The notes beneath the pieces are model-generated. The model saw only the letters and a list, made by a program, of their open reading frames with translations. It was not told the origin of the DNA and did no database searches. A DNA stretch of 64,000 bases, taken from positions 7,228,914 to 7,292,913 of the forward strand of contig NC_134034.1 in assembly GCF_964204645.1 (NCBI RefSeq), in the 5' to 3' direction. The stretch comes from Tubulanus polymorphus. Lineage: Eukaryota > Animalia > Nemertea. The position numbers and the translations under genes are program-made. Shown piece after piece: positions 50,519 through 62,663 of the stretch. Within the stretch, counting starts at the first letter, position 1; the number at the start of each line of letters is the position of its first letter.

Positions 50519-51222
50519 ATTTTAATTAATACTGATTACACTAATTATATGCGGTGACTTCACTAAACCAGTTTAGTTAATTCACTGGTTACGCTTTTTC
50601 GTGAAACTTGGTTTACACCAAAAACTAACTAATTCGGTTTAAAGCATTTTTAACCGAATTAAGGTTTACACCAAATTTAATTTTTACACTTTCGTGAAAC
50701 CGGGCCCTGGTCTTAGTTTCATTGCCAAGAATCAAAAGGTTTCCGTAGCAGCCAGATCTTGGAAGATCGAGGCTTTGACGCATAGGGTATCTCGCGATCT
50801 TCCTGATACGTGGCTCACTCTGTCCAGTAATAGCTTTAAAGGAGTACCTAGAGAGGACACTTCCCCACAGACAAGATAGGGAGAGGCTCTTCATTCCACT
50901 CCGACAAGGGGATAAGAGAGATATCTTAAGGGATAAGAGAGATATCTCATCCTGGTCATTATTCACAGGGGCTTCCTTGGAACAGGTCTGTCGTTCAGCC
51001 TTCTGGACGTCTCCATCTACCTTCTCGTCATTTTATTTGAAGGACATTTCTGGACAGTTAGGCTCACTATCCATGTTGGGTCCAATTGTTACTGCACAAC
51101 GAATAAGCGTACATAAACCCAAAAAACATCGGGCCCAGTTAAACCAGGTCCTGGGGACTAAGGGGTTTCTTCTGTATTCAGCTATAAGAAAGTTGATGTA
51201 TATTAGTTGTAGGCACCTTTAA

Positions 51223-51900
51223 CAGGGCCTAGACGTATCGGCCCCGATCCGCGCGGTTGCGCCACCGCGCAGGATTTACGCGAAGCAGCAAACACAAACA
51301 TGGCCACTCTCAATTTTCAATGATAGAAATCGTGTGTGCATTTCAATTATTTCGGCTGTTAGGGTTTTAAGGCACAATATAAGTTGATGATGTGATATGG
51401 CGATGTTAATTAATGATAATTCCGCAGTGAAGCTAGTCACAAACGGTGCCGATTGAGTGTACAGCTGCCAAAAACACTGAAATGTGCGTAGTTGCGTATT
51501 TATTTGCAGTGAATTGCAGACGAAACATGAAGCCTTAACAGCCGTTTAAAAAAAAATTATACCAATCGCAATGGTAAAATAAAAATGAGATAGAACCTAA
51601 GTTAAAATTCTGGCCATTTCTAAAATAACTATTATCACTAATTTTTAGTCAGTGCCGAACGTTTAGGTTTCAACAATAATGAGGGGTGGTAGGTAGTCAT
51701 GCAATTCAAGTCATCATTTGTTACACGTTACTTCCGTGTTGTTGAAAATCTCGCGAGTCCTGGACCAAACCCCATTGAACAATGTGATCTGTGTGCTGCC
51801 ACAAATGCACACAGATCACACTACACTCCCCATTACACACTCCAGTACCCACAGCTTTCATATATCCATCCAAATATTTAGAGTGTCTTTCTTCCTGGGT
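51223..51900 (+). repeat. Interspersed repeat B, copy 2, inside the DIRS 3' region
   Basis: Reverse complement of 7184-7717, with an extra 5' part. Confidence 0.8.
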
Positions 51901-53108
51901 TACCTTAAGACAGTTAGTGGTAAGGGATCCTTTTGTTGTAGGTATTAAGTTTAGACATGAATCATGATTTCATTTATATAGCCTGGGCAAGGCTGCGTCT
52001 TGAGTTTAAGGTTTTTAGCTACTGGTTTAGGTTAATATCGAGGTGATGGCAGTGCCTTACTAAGGTATCCAGGAGTCAGTTGACACCGGGTTGTTTGATT
52101 TCCTTTTTCGACTCAAGTGTAACAGGGTCATAATAGGCATGTTATAACTACCAGTACAGTTAGACCTGAAAAGGGAGTAGCACGGTAGCTCCCTGATTTT
52201 TAGTTTTCCACTGGCTCACCGGGGGTTTGTTGCAGTTTTCTGCAGAGAGTTTTAGGGTGCGTGTAAGTGTAGAGATTTTAAATCGACTTTTGGTCGCCTC
52301 CCCCCTCCATTCTTTGGGATTCTGGCTATAGTGTATTTTCCCAGGGAATGTATTCGAAGTAAGTATTACAATTTTGTTCAAAAATATTTACGAGGAATAC
52401 TTACCTGGAAAAATACACGGGTATTCCCCCCAGCCATCGCCCAGGCGATTGAGTGATTATTGGTGCAAAAAGATGGTGTCTCGCCAGATGGCGCTATGTT
52501 ACGGCGCCGCTACCAAAAGTCGATTCGGGCTTTATCTGCCTAGCCAAAAGCAATATGGCTGTAGTGTATTTTTCCAGGTAAGTATTCCTCGTAAATACCA
52601 ATTTTTGAACAAAATTGTAATATTTCAATGTTACTCCTTGAACCACTGAAAATATGAGATAATTTAAAGGCGTCCTGAATTTGAAAATGATAAGGTTGGC
52701 AGCATTGCTCTTGTATTATAACTCTATGTTAATCCAATGATAAGTGATAGATTTCGAAACACACCAGGCGCTCAACTCATTAACTTGCACAAAATAAACA
52801 CCTGGCACACCACCCGTATGAACCAGAAAATGAAAATATACACCAGGGTAATCCACGCACTGGGTGAATCACAGAAAACATGCAACTAAGAACACAAAAG
52901 CAAAGCAAGCAAAATACTACCCTACACAGACACCTAAAGTATAGTATAAATCAAGCATATCTTAAAGCATATAAGCAACATAAGCAAACTAAAAGGTAAA
53001 ACAAGATAAGCAGACACTACATAACCACCAATTAAAATGTGTAAATTTGATATCCTTTGCCTAACAAATGCCGCGGCAAACTGGGCTGAGACAGACTTTA
53101 GACACCTA

Positions 53109-53563
53109 CGGTCAAAGCTTGTTATAACACCAGCCCAGAACTGTCAAAATTTTGGCAGTATGACGAATGTGGCGGTATAGCCATCATTAGAATTGACATA
53201 TTATATAAGACATGACTATTGACCAAATCCAGAATTGACATACATTTATCTTAATTTGGGAAGTGTAAAGGCCTTAGCCTGATTCATTTAGATATTAGAA
53301 AAAAACGATACAGTGATGGGTGATACTGCCAACCACATGTATTGATTTGTAACAATGACGGAAAACATCGTTGAAATATTGTTGGCGGTATGATAAATGG
53401 GTTTGAATAGAACTGTTCCTGGATTTCGTTGGCATTATGGCAGAGGGTGAGAGGTGGTATAACGAGAGCTATGTACATACCCATGTATACGTAAAACACT
53501 GCACAATGAAATTCTTGGCAAATTTGGTGGCATTATGGATGGCGGTATAGTGAGTTTTGATTG
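53109..53563. mobile_element. Old Tc1/pogo-type MITE
   Basis: TA|CGGTCAAAGCTTGTTATA ... TATAGTGAGTTTTGATTG|TA degenerate TIRs. Confidence 0.45.
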
Positions 53564-53586
53564 TAGTTTCAAATTTTATTTTTTAG

Positions 53587-53708
53587 GTCGGGTTTCGAGC
53601 TGGCATCAATGAAGGAAAAGATAGAATATTACAGGAGGGATTTGACTCAGGTTATCTCTCCATTTTAAAAATTGCGAAAAGTCTTGGACATCTTCGCGGT
53701 GAACTAAG
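53587..53708 (+). CDS. YAE1: YAE1 homologue, coding exon 2 (Yae1_N, GX3 repeat)
   Basis: VGFRAGINEGKDRILQEGFDSGYLSILKIAKSLGHLRGEL; TTTTAG acceptor and GT donor. Confidence 0.88.
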
Positions 53709-53820
53709 GTTTGTCATTTAACGTGTTTACCTCTTTCATTGATTGCTTAAGCCGATTGGGATTTGATTTGATTGACATTTCTTTGATTTGATGCCAAAAT
53801 CATGATAATTATACTTTTAG

Positions 53821-54229
53821 CGCGCAGGTGCTTATAGACGAGATGGCTTACTCTATAGAAAAAGACGATTCATTATCTGAAAACTGGAAATGTGATATAA
53901 ACTCGCTCATTTCTAAAATATCCGAATTAGAAACTTTTGAATTACCTGAATATGGCAGGCAGCATGGTTTACACAAATTCCGTTCAATATATCTGCATCA
54001 TCATTCAAAAAGCCACTCTTGTTGCCTTGATTTATCTACTCGTGATGATAGTGGTGCCTGTTGTTCTCAAGTGATGAAGGATGATGAACTCATGGAAGAT
54101 AAAAGTGAATGTTGTAGCTGTAGTAACAATAGCTGTTTCAATGGATCAAGGATGGAGGGAAATGTTTTTCATTTTGAGAAAAAATATGACCGTATTAAGT
54201 TACAAGTGGATGATTTACTGAATAAATGA
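53821..54229 (+). CDS. YAE1: YAE1 homologue, terminal coding exon
   Basis: TTTTAG acceptor; phase 2 matches exon 2; open to TGA. Confidence 0.8.
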
Positions 54230-54259
54230 TAATCATAATTTTTTACCGCAGTTATTTCA

Positions 54260-54910
54260 TTTTTAGCCCACTTGAGATTGCGTTCACTTTTCGTCCATCG
54301 TCCGTCCGTTCGTTCGTTTGTTCGTAGACAGAATCCAGTTATTTTGAGAAGTTTTGAAGACGCTTGGATGTTATGTCTTGATTTATCTACTCTAGACACA
54401 TGTTCAGCCCAAAAACCGGCCCTGTCAGAATCAAGATGACCTACTGGCAGCCATTGTTGTTCGCCAAAATCAGCACTTTTTACACATTTTTGAAATTTTT
54501 TGAGAAATTTTGAAGACGCTTTGATCAATCACCTTGATCTTTCGCTCATATTTGAATCCCCCAAGGGCCCATTAGCGTAACAAGAATTGGGTCGATCGGA
54601 CTCAAGATGGCCTTCTTATGACCTTTTTAGTCCCCAATAATGTCAATTTTGGCCCAAATTCTGAGTCCTGTAGCTTCCTTCTGTTTTGCCATTTCTTTGG
54701 AAAGGGATGTTTTATACCTGAGACCATTATTTTTCATCAGCCAATTATGACGCAATTGGCAGCCATCTTGATGTCATCAGTACTCATTCGTAGGTGGGAA
54801 AAAGTTTTTCCTCATTATATTGATACCTAAGCATATTTTGTTTCCACAATCAATTGCAAAGTTGTAGCTCATGACATCGTCTATGATTGTGGTGAGTTTT
54901 AAGGACATAA
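54260..54910 (+). mobile_element. HINE-like family A, copy just after the YAE1 stop
   Basis: Colinear with the copies at 6266 and 8697. Confidence 0.7.
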
Positions 54911-55363
54911 GTAGTAATTGGAATATCAGGGGTTCATACCAGAGGACGTGTGGACAACACACCGCTCATCACCACAAGTAATTTTTTTTTAAATACATGG
55001 GAGATAGAAAAGCATTCTCAGCGGCAATAAATAACAGAATAACACCAGCAAAAAAACAATTTGAAATAAAAAAGTTAGCTCTAAAATTGCTCTACATAGA
55101 TAGACAAAAGTAGTGAGATATTTAATTAATTAAAAATGAAATTATTTTTTTTTGCTTTTTTTCTAAAATATTAATCCATTTCTTTTATTATGAATTTTGG
55201 AATTTCAGAAGTATTTTTATTTTTAATAGTAGTAGTTTCAGAATTATTAATATCATAAATGTTATTTGATTTTTTATACCAACTATATTTTCACCATTAT
55301 TATTAACATTATCATTATTTATTTTTTCTTTTATAGCTTTTTTAAATTCTCTCGATTTAATTC

Positions 55364-55992
55364 CTAATTGCCGAGACCATTGAATTTGTTTCTGTGATCT
55401 CGGTTTTTTTCTTCACAGTTAATTCCTTCAATTCTTTCATCTCGCTCATTTATTGTAGAAAAATTTTTACTTTCAATATTTGAAAATGTTATAACTCCAG
55501 TTGATAATAGCGTCATAAATCCACCTAATTGAAATGATAAATATCCAATCCATTTATTTAATTCAGTCATAACTAAATAATCATTTTTTAAATCGGAATA
55601 TAATCTATTTTCATCTTGAATTGGTAGCATATATTTACATAATTTACTATAACCTTTTACTACATTTTCTGATATCGCATCATTAATTCTAGCTATTCTC
55701 GCAGTTTCATAAATCTTGAATAATTTAATAATTTCATCTGATTTCATTGTATCTAATTCATTATAAGTTAAATTTTTACTAATAAAACTTTTACATTTCC
55801 CAGATGCTATTTATATTTCTAATTGATGTTTGCAATAAAGATAATATTCATAATTATTGTTTGTAGTAATATCATTTAAAGCACCATTATTATCTGGTGT
55901 TAATTCTGTTTCTGTTATACCTAAATCATCCAAAGTTTTTTCAATTGGAACATCACTATTTTTAGATTTTATTTTCTTTTTACCTCCCATTT
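55364..55992 (-). pseudogene. Polinton accessory ORF of unknown function
   Basis: Disrupted ORF downstream of the ATPase with a C-terminal hydrophobic segment. Confidence 0.5.
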
Positions 55993-56163
55993 ATATAACA
56001 AAAAATTGTGTTGTTACAACTAGAATTTAACTAGAATGTAACTAAAAATATACCAGATTAACAAGCTAGTTGAAATATTATTGTTTTTATTTATTTCTTG
56101 TTGAATTTTGTTCCAACTACTAACAACTAGAACTCAACTAGAATGTGACTAAAATATACTAGA

Positions 56164-56797
56164 TTAACAAGCTAGTTGAGTTTGAATGAATTCATATTTA
56201 AATGGGTGTTGTAATCGAAATAGTAATTTTGATCTTTTATTATTTTTCAATTTATCCATATATTCATTGTGTAAATCATGTGGAATAATATCATTTTCCT
56301 CATGCGCATTTTTCATCGATTTTCTATCTTTATTCTAGAATAATACTAAAAATCTAATGTTTTCTCTAAAATCTTTAACAATTGAATTATATTTTTGATT
56401 TAAAACCCAAGTTGTTATCCCAAAATGTCTCCCAGAGAAAGCTAGATAACAGAACTCACTTTCTCTAACTTTTGAATCATGTAAATTAGCACAATCGTCT
56501 ATGGTAAATAATGTATTAGATCCTTTGTATATATATATATATCAATTGCTATTTTAATACAATTATCTAAATTTTCTTAAACTGTTCTAGGATCTAATAC
56601 AATAAATTTATTATTTCTAGTAATATTTCTATCATAAGTTTGATTAAAGTCATACGTTGGGCAAAATAATACTTTATTATCAAAATAGTTTTTATAAATA
56701 GTTTCTAATCAATTTAATATAAAAAATAAGATTTACAATTTGTTACACCAGAAATTACCATATTATGAGGCTCAAATATAAATAATTCCTTATTCAT
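56164..56797 (-). pseudogene. Polinton packaging ATPase (A32-like)
   Basis: EPHNMVISGVTNCKS (degenerate Walker A), FTIDDCA (Walker B), SGRHFGITTWVLNQKY; frameshifts. Confidence 0.78.
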
Positions 56798-56811
56798 TTA
56801 TATTTTTTTAA

Positions 56812-57089
56812 ATTTTACTCGATAATATCCATTCATTGAATTTATCTGGCCATCCAACCCATTTTACTAAAGAATATTTTTTCTATTAACAGTTTTTGTT
56901 TCTAATACTTTTTCGATTTTATATTCTTGTTCTAGATTTTCAGTAGTTAAACTTAATTCTTCTTCATAAAAGTACCCATCGACTTCTTCACCATCTAAAT
57001 CTTCTAATTTATAGACATATGGTTTTGTTGTTATTACCTTTTTTGATGGGTTTTGTCGTCAGACGAACCCATCTATGGCATCGTCGTCA

Positions 57090-57121
<32 letters not shown>

Positions 57122-59863
57122 GATGTTTCTTTATGGCACGATTTAAGCTGTTTGTGTGGACCGACAATTCTGTAATTTCACACAGGTATTCTCTACTTGA
57201 TGTAGATGATGCAGCTTGGTTTATATTTGATTCCGATGGTTATAAGTGCTCTAATTTGGTTAAAAGATAATTAACGTTACTCGCTAGTTCAAGCCGCTGT
57301 ATAGCGCGTTGCTACGACGACGCTCGATCAACATACTGGTACTCGCTGTGTAATACTGAACATATATACATATACTACACTATACCTGTAGATATTGATC
57401 GTACTAGCACCGGTTTTAGATAGCGCGCGCGCTGATCGGTCTTAACACTTCTCGGAATGCTAAATGCTGAGAGGCCGAATCTATGCGCAATCATTTATTG
57501 GGCTCGTCACATTTGATAGTGAATGGATAAATAACCGGTGTCAATAATGGTCGCTACTCCCCATCAGTATAACTCATCAGTATAAGAAATAATTCTTTCG
57601 AGTTTTTTTTTTCAATCCCCGAAGTTGTTGTTACTATGTTGACCTCGCCGTTTTATAAGCTTACCGATGATTCTTCTAGTATTTTCAGGGTCACAAGACA
57701 TGACGAAGTCGCAAAGTTTTGTACAAATTTCACGAAACAAACAATTATTTAGGCGGCACCTGATCTATTGATTAATTATGATAAATAATGTTTATTTCAT
57801 TAAAAATTTGTTTTATTCAAACACTACTTTCATCGCACATAGCGTGATCGGTAGGCCCTACTATTCTACGGTAGGTCATGGACTCTTTCATGTGGTAGGC
57901 CTATTACAAATGATACAATCCGCGTGTCCGTGAATAAGTGACACGTGGTGGGGCGGGTTGTGAGGAGCATCGAAACTAATCCGTCACAAATAATAGATAG
58001 AAAACAATACCTTAAGAGGTTAACTTTTATTAACATCATTACCAAATCAAAACCTGCACATCCTATCATAAATAGAAATTCTAAGAATTTTTTTCAAAGA
58101 ATGATAAATTACGTCTAAATTTTTGGATTCGAACTCGTAGCATCGATTCAGGTGCCTTTCCCAAAGTGGGTATCCCGCGGGGAAAACCCATTACTATTTA
58201 TATCGAGAATCGCCTTTTTGCGGCAGCGCCACGGCGCTGGAGCATATTAAGTTGATCGAACCACCTGGTGTCTTCCAATACCACCACCTAGTGGGCTCAA
58301 ATTCAAGTTCAAATATACTTTATTGATACTCATCAAATATACTTAATTGTTACTTTATTCAATACTTTATTGTTCCCAGTACTGCAAATACATCGGATTT
58401 CCGCAATTAAGTAGACAGAACACAAATAAAATCAAGAATCTTTTAGTATTCAGAAAACAACGTACATGTTATTTTTCAACATTAATTAGCAATGAGATAA
58501 TTTTTTGCGACACTCACGGATGATGCGCATTCCCTTTCTGGAAGGCTGATCGGCTCTTCCCTGAAAAATTAATTTCTGAATCGACGTCCCGTAATGATGA
58601 ATACTATTTTTAGATCCCCTGATTTCAAAATTCAAAAATATAGATTTATATGAACCTTAGGTCTACCCTTGTAATTAACAAATTATTCGGAAGCAAAGAT
58701 CTTGCATTCGAGTTTATTCATTTTTTAAGCAGTTTCTTTATTTCAAGCCGCCGAATTGATTGTCTAAATCTCTTTGCTCTTCTCGGAACTTGTATTCAAT
58801 TAAATTTTCTATTCTCATTCTACAATTTGTACGTGAATACTATCAACGGTAGCATTTGTTTCTTTTCATTTCGTTTTTCATAATGATTTTGTAATATTTA
58901 AATCTTCATTTTATCGCGACGGGTGCTTCCGCTTTTAAACTGTTCGTTTGTTACTTCCGATTTTGTAATCTTCATTAATTTATTCATTCTTTATGACTTC
59001 TCTCTCTCCAAAATCGGAATAATTGTATCCTTAGATACTATAGGATCTTGATTTTTAATGACTTTGCAAAACCACCTGTCGCAGTATATTTCCTTTTAGA
59101 AATATACCTTGTTGACAGCGAGTTCGGTGAATGAAACAGAAACAATTACACAGAAACCCATCATGGAAAGTTTCTTTCTGGTTATTTTATATATTTCTCT
59201 AGTAAAATTACGATCGTATCCTTTGTCAAATATCTTTTTATACTTAGAAATTCTAACATTTTGACCAACTTTAAATTTAGGTTCACCAAAATCATCTACA
59301 AGAAATGTCCCATATAAATTATTCCAATTTCAGCATTTTCAGGTTTTCTAGCATCAATAGGTTTCATTCCAATAGAAGAATGATAAGAATTATTATAACC
59401 TTCTATCAATTTTGGTAAAACATCAATCCATTTTATAGTATTATTTGCTGTAAAATATTTCCATATTCTTGTTCTTAATGTTCTAATAAATCGTTCAACA
59501 ACTGCTGCTTTTTTATCCGATTGTGTTGGAATATTTAATATTATGATAATCTAAGAGTTCATGAACAAATGAATTATCAAATTCTTTTCCATCATCAAAA
59601 TGTATTTTTTCTGGCTTTATTTTACCACCTGAAAGAAATTTTCTTAAAACATTTGATGTTTGTACAGCATCTTTTCTGTAAAGTGGGAAGCTCCATACAT
59701 AACGACTAAAAATATGAATTATTTTCAATATCCACCAATAGTCATTACTATCTTTTTTAAGATCTTTCATATCAATTAAATCTCCTCGGCACTGTTGATC
59801 TACATAACTTACCATAGTTTTACGAGTTTTATATTTTCTAACCATTTTTTTATGCGTTGTATA
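56812..59863 (-). pseudogene. Polinton rve integrase with C-terminal chromodomain, split by 57040-59183
   Basis: DLIDM, HFDDGKEF, VVERFIRTL, YNNSYHSSIGMKP, FDKGY, then YKIEKVL..LVKWVGWPDKFNEW. Confidence 0.85.
57040..59183 (+). mobile_element. HINE/Helentron-like element, family C (possibly composite)
   Basis: GATGGGTT..AACCCATC 5' hairpin, (GTCT)n, 3' AAACCCATC subterminal repeat; T-rich target; removal rejoins the integrase. Confidence 0.65.
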
Positions 59864-62520
59864 TGTTACTTCAACTGAAAGGAAAGAAAACAGGCCAGAG
59901 ATTAGAACAACAGTCTCAGTCCCAACCCATGCGTTTGGGTGGGCGAATAGGACGCCCAGTTCTCGTTTGGTACGGTTGACAGTTGAGATTTGGATCGTCG
60001 CTAGGTGAAACATCGTTGCCTCGAGAAAAGACATCATTAGTTACGAGATACTCTTTTAATCGGTCACTATGGACGCATTTCTCCTTCCCGGAGGGAAGCC
60101 TGACAAAAAAAAATTACATCGTTAAAATTCTCAAGTATGGTACATGGCCCAGACCATAAGCATGATAGCTTTTTCGTTCTACCCGGCATTGTGGAAGGGG
60201 TATACAGCCAGACTCTAGAATCTATCGCAAATGTGTGTGGTTTAGATTTGACATTGTATTGTGTTTTGTTTCTTTCAGCTCGCTTATGAGTTTGTATGCG
60301 GACCTCGTGAAAAGACTCAGATAACCGGTGCTTCATTTCAATAACGTATTGACTGCTGAGGGCTGGAATTTCGCAGCGAGGACCACCTGTGATAACGTCA
60401 ATGGGTAGGTCAATTTCGCGACCCAACATCAATCGGTTTGGGCTAAACCCAGTTGCATCGTGTATCGTCGCCCTGTACGCCATGGTGACGTATGGTAAGT
60501 GTTGGTCCCAGTCCATCTGGTTTTCTTCAACCTTAATAGACAGACACATTAACAGTGTTCGGTTATAACGTTCGATCATTCCATTCGATTGGGGACGAAA
60601 TGCGGTACTTCTGGTTTTATGGATTGAAGGAGTTCACACACTTCCGCCATCAATTTGGACTGGAAGTTTCGACCTTGGTCCGAATGTATGATTCTGGGGA
60701 CGCCAAATCGAGTAATAAACTCGTCTACGAGTATCCGGGCGCAAGTTACTGCTTCTTGGTTCGGAATTACGTATGCTTCGATCCACTTCGTAAAATAGTC
60801 ACCAATAACTAATATATAGATGTTTCCATCATATGTTTCAGGTAATGGACCCAATATATCCATCGATACTCTCTCCATAGGTTGGCCTACCAAATAGTTG
60901 TTCATGGGTGCTTTTAATCTACTCGAGGACTTCTTTGAAGCGCACTTATCACACCCTCTACAGAAACACTTTACGTCATCACCGATACCGTGCCAAAAAA
61001 AACGATCGTGAACTAAAAAGAGGGTCTTTTTGACACCAAAGCGACCCCCGACTGCAGATGAATGAATATGGTCGAGGACTTGCTTCCTAAACTTTTCAGG
61101 TAAGATTAATAGAGTTGAGTTCGGGTAACCTTCTCTTCTCTTTATAATGTGTAAGAGCCCCTCAATGATTTTTAGATGATTCCAGTGGGTCCAATAAAAT
61201 TTGCAGGCAACACCTTGTGAGGAAACTTGATGCCATCCGGGGCGTTCATCATCTCGGATGTGAGCAAGGACCCATTTCAAGCCTCTTTCTTTCCCCTGTT
61301 CTAGTTTCATATTCTCGAGTGACCACTCTGACAACGGTAAGAACTCGCTGTAGGAATACGGCTTGTCGTTGTGAATTGTCATTTTCTTAACTGCTCGTTT
61401 CCTCACAGATATTGGTGTTTGTTTTTCAGAACAGATTCCTTCAATCCTCTCGCACTGACGACAGGGCATGCGCGATAGAGCATCAGCGTTACCATGGCTT
61501 CGACCCGGTCGGTGTACGATGTCGAACTGGTATGCACTCAGTAGAGATATCCAGCGAGCTACTTGGCCTTCTGGTTCTTTAAACGACATCAGCCACCTCA
61601 AGGATGAATGGTCAGTCCGGATTGTGAATTTCTTGTCGGCAAGGTAATATTTGAACTGTTTTACAAAGGCGACGACAGCTAAAAGCTCCCTGCGGGTCAC
61701 GCAATAATTCCTCTCGGCTTTCGTTAAACAACGGCTAGCACAGGCGATAATTCTCTCCTTGCCCTCTTGAACTTGACTGACGACACCTCCAATTGCGAAT
61801 GCTGACGCATCAGTGTCCAGGATAAACGGTAACCTTGGATCGGGAAAAGCCAGAACTGGTGAGTGAGTCAAAATTGACTTCAGCTCACGGAAAGCTTCTT
61901 CGCATTGGACATCCCATCTGAATTCCCTCCCCTTTTCCGTCAGCCGATGAAGAGGTTTTGCAGTTTCAGCGAACCCTTGGCAAAACGACCGATAGTATGA
62001 TGCTAAACCAAGGAAAGATCGAGTCTCTGTGACGTTCTTAGGAGTGGGCCAATTCTGGATTATTTCGATTTTGCTTTCTGAACATGATATACCATCAGCG
62101 GAGATATGGTGTCCAAGAAAATTGACTGACGTTCTAAACAGCTCACATTTCTTAGGTTTTAGTTTTAGGCCAGCCTGTCGCAGACGGTTGAAGACAGTAC
62201 GTAGGTTGGTCATCATCCCAAGGAAACTACCAGCATGAACAATAACGTCGTCCAGGTAAACTAGAGCAATTTCTGGGATAAGACTTCTGAATACCTTTTC
62301 CATTAGCCTTTGAAACGTGGCACCACTATTCTTCAAGCCCATGGGCATCTTACGGAATTGGTATAGGCCTTTCCCGCCCACAACAAAAGCTGTCTTTTCC
62401 TTAGAGTTTTCGTGTACCTTCACCTGCCAGTATCCCGATGCTAGATCAAGGGTGCTGAGGTACTTCACGTCAGCCAGTGATCTGATAGTGTCGTTGATAA
62501 TAGGTAAAGGATAACTATCT

Positions 62521-62663
62521 ACATTATTCCTGAAGATGACTATTAGGATATAGTCGAAACGTTGAATAAACTACTATCTCGAAGTTTCATTTTCGGACTT
62601 TTTATTATCATTGTGGGATTCTCTCCTCATCGCGTCAACACGGATATTGTGTTTTACCTATCG
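62521..62663 (+). mobile_element. 143-bp hammerhead-bearing Penelope 3'-end insert in the Gypsy RT
   Basis: TSD TAACTATCT at 62512-62520 and 62664-62672; near-identical to 2329-2471; removal restores TKADSYPLPII. Confidence 0.92.
62524..62569 (+). ncRNA. Minimal hammerhead ribozyme motif
   Basis: TTATTC-CTGAAGA-stem II-GAAAC-GTT-GAATAA; stem I pairs TTATTC with GAATAA; palindromic AACGTT. Confidence 0.75.

Larger units (their letters stand above)
47315..50706. mobile_element. PIF/Harbinger transposon
   Basis: 16-bp TIR GGCCCGGTTTCACGAA; CTG TSD at 47312-47314 and 50707-50709; the empty site restores YR LRPGLSFIAKNQ. Confidence 0.92.
45630..52625 (+). mobile_element. DIRS1-like element with both ITRs and ICR, internally deleted (no RT/RH)
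   Basis: Left ITR about 45630-45762; right ITR about 52468-52625; ICR about 52323-52420 complementary to both termini; YR remnant at 46700-47314 plus 50707-51130. Confidence 0.88.
54990..59863 (-). mobile_element. Polinton/Maverick (adintovirus-like) remnant
   Basis: Very AT-rich and gene-dense: integrase-chromodomain, then ATPase, then small ORFs. Confidence 0.8.

Noticed and set aside
59864-60037. N-terminal part of the 174-aa ORF 59513-60037
   Set aside because: Gypsy LTR sequence fortuitously in frame with the Polinton integrase.
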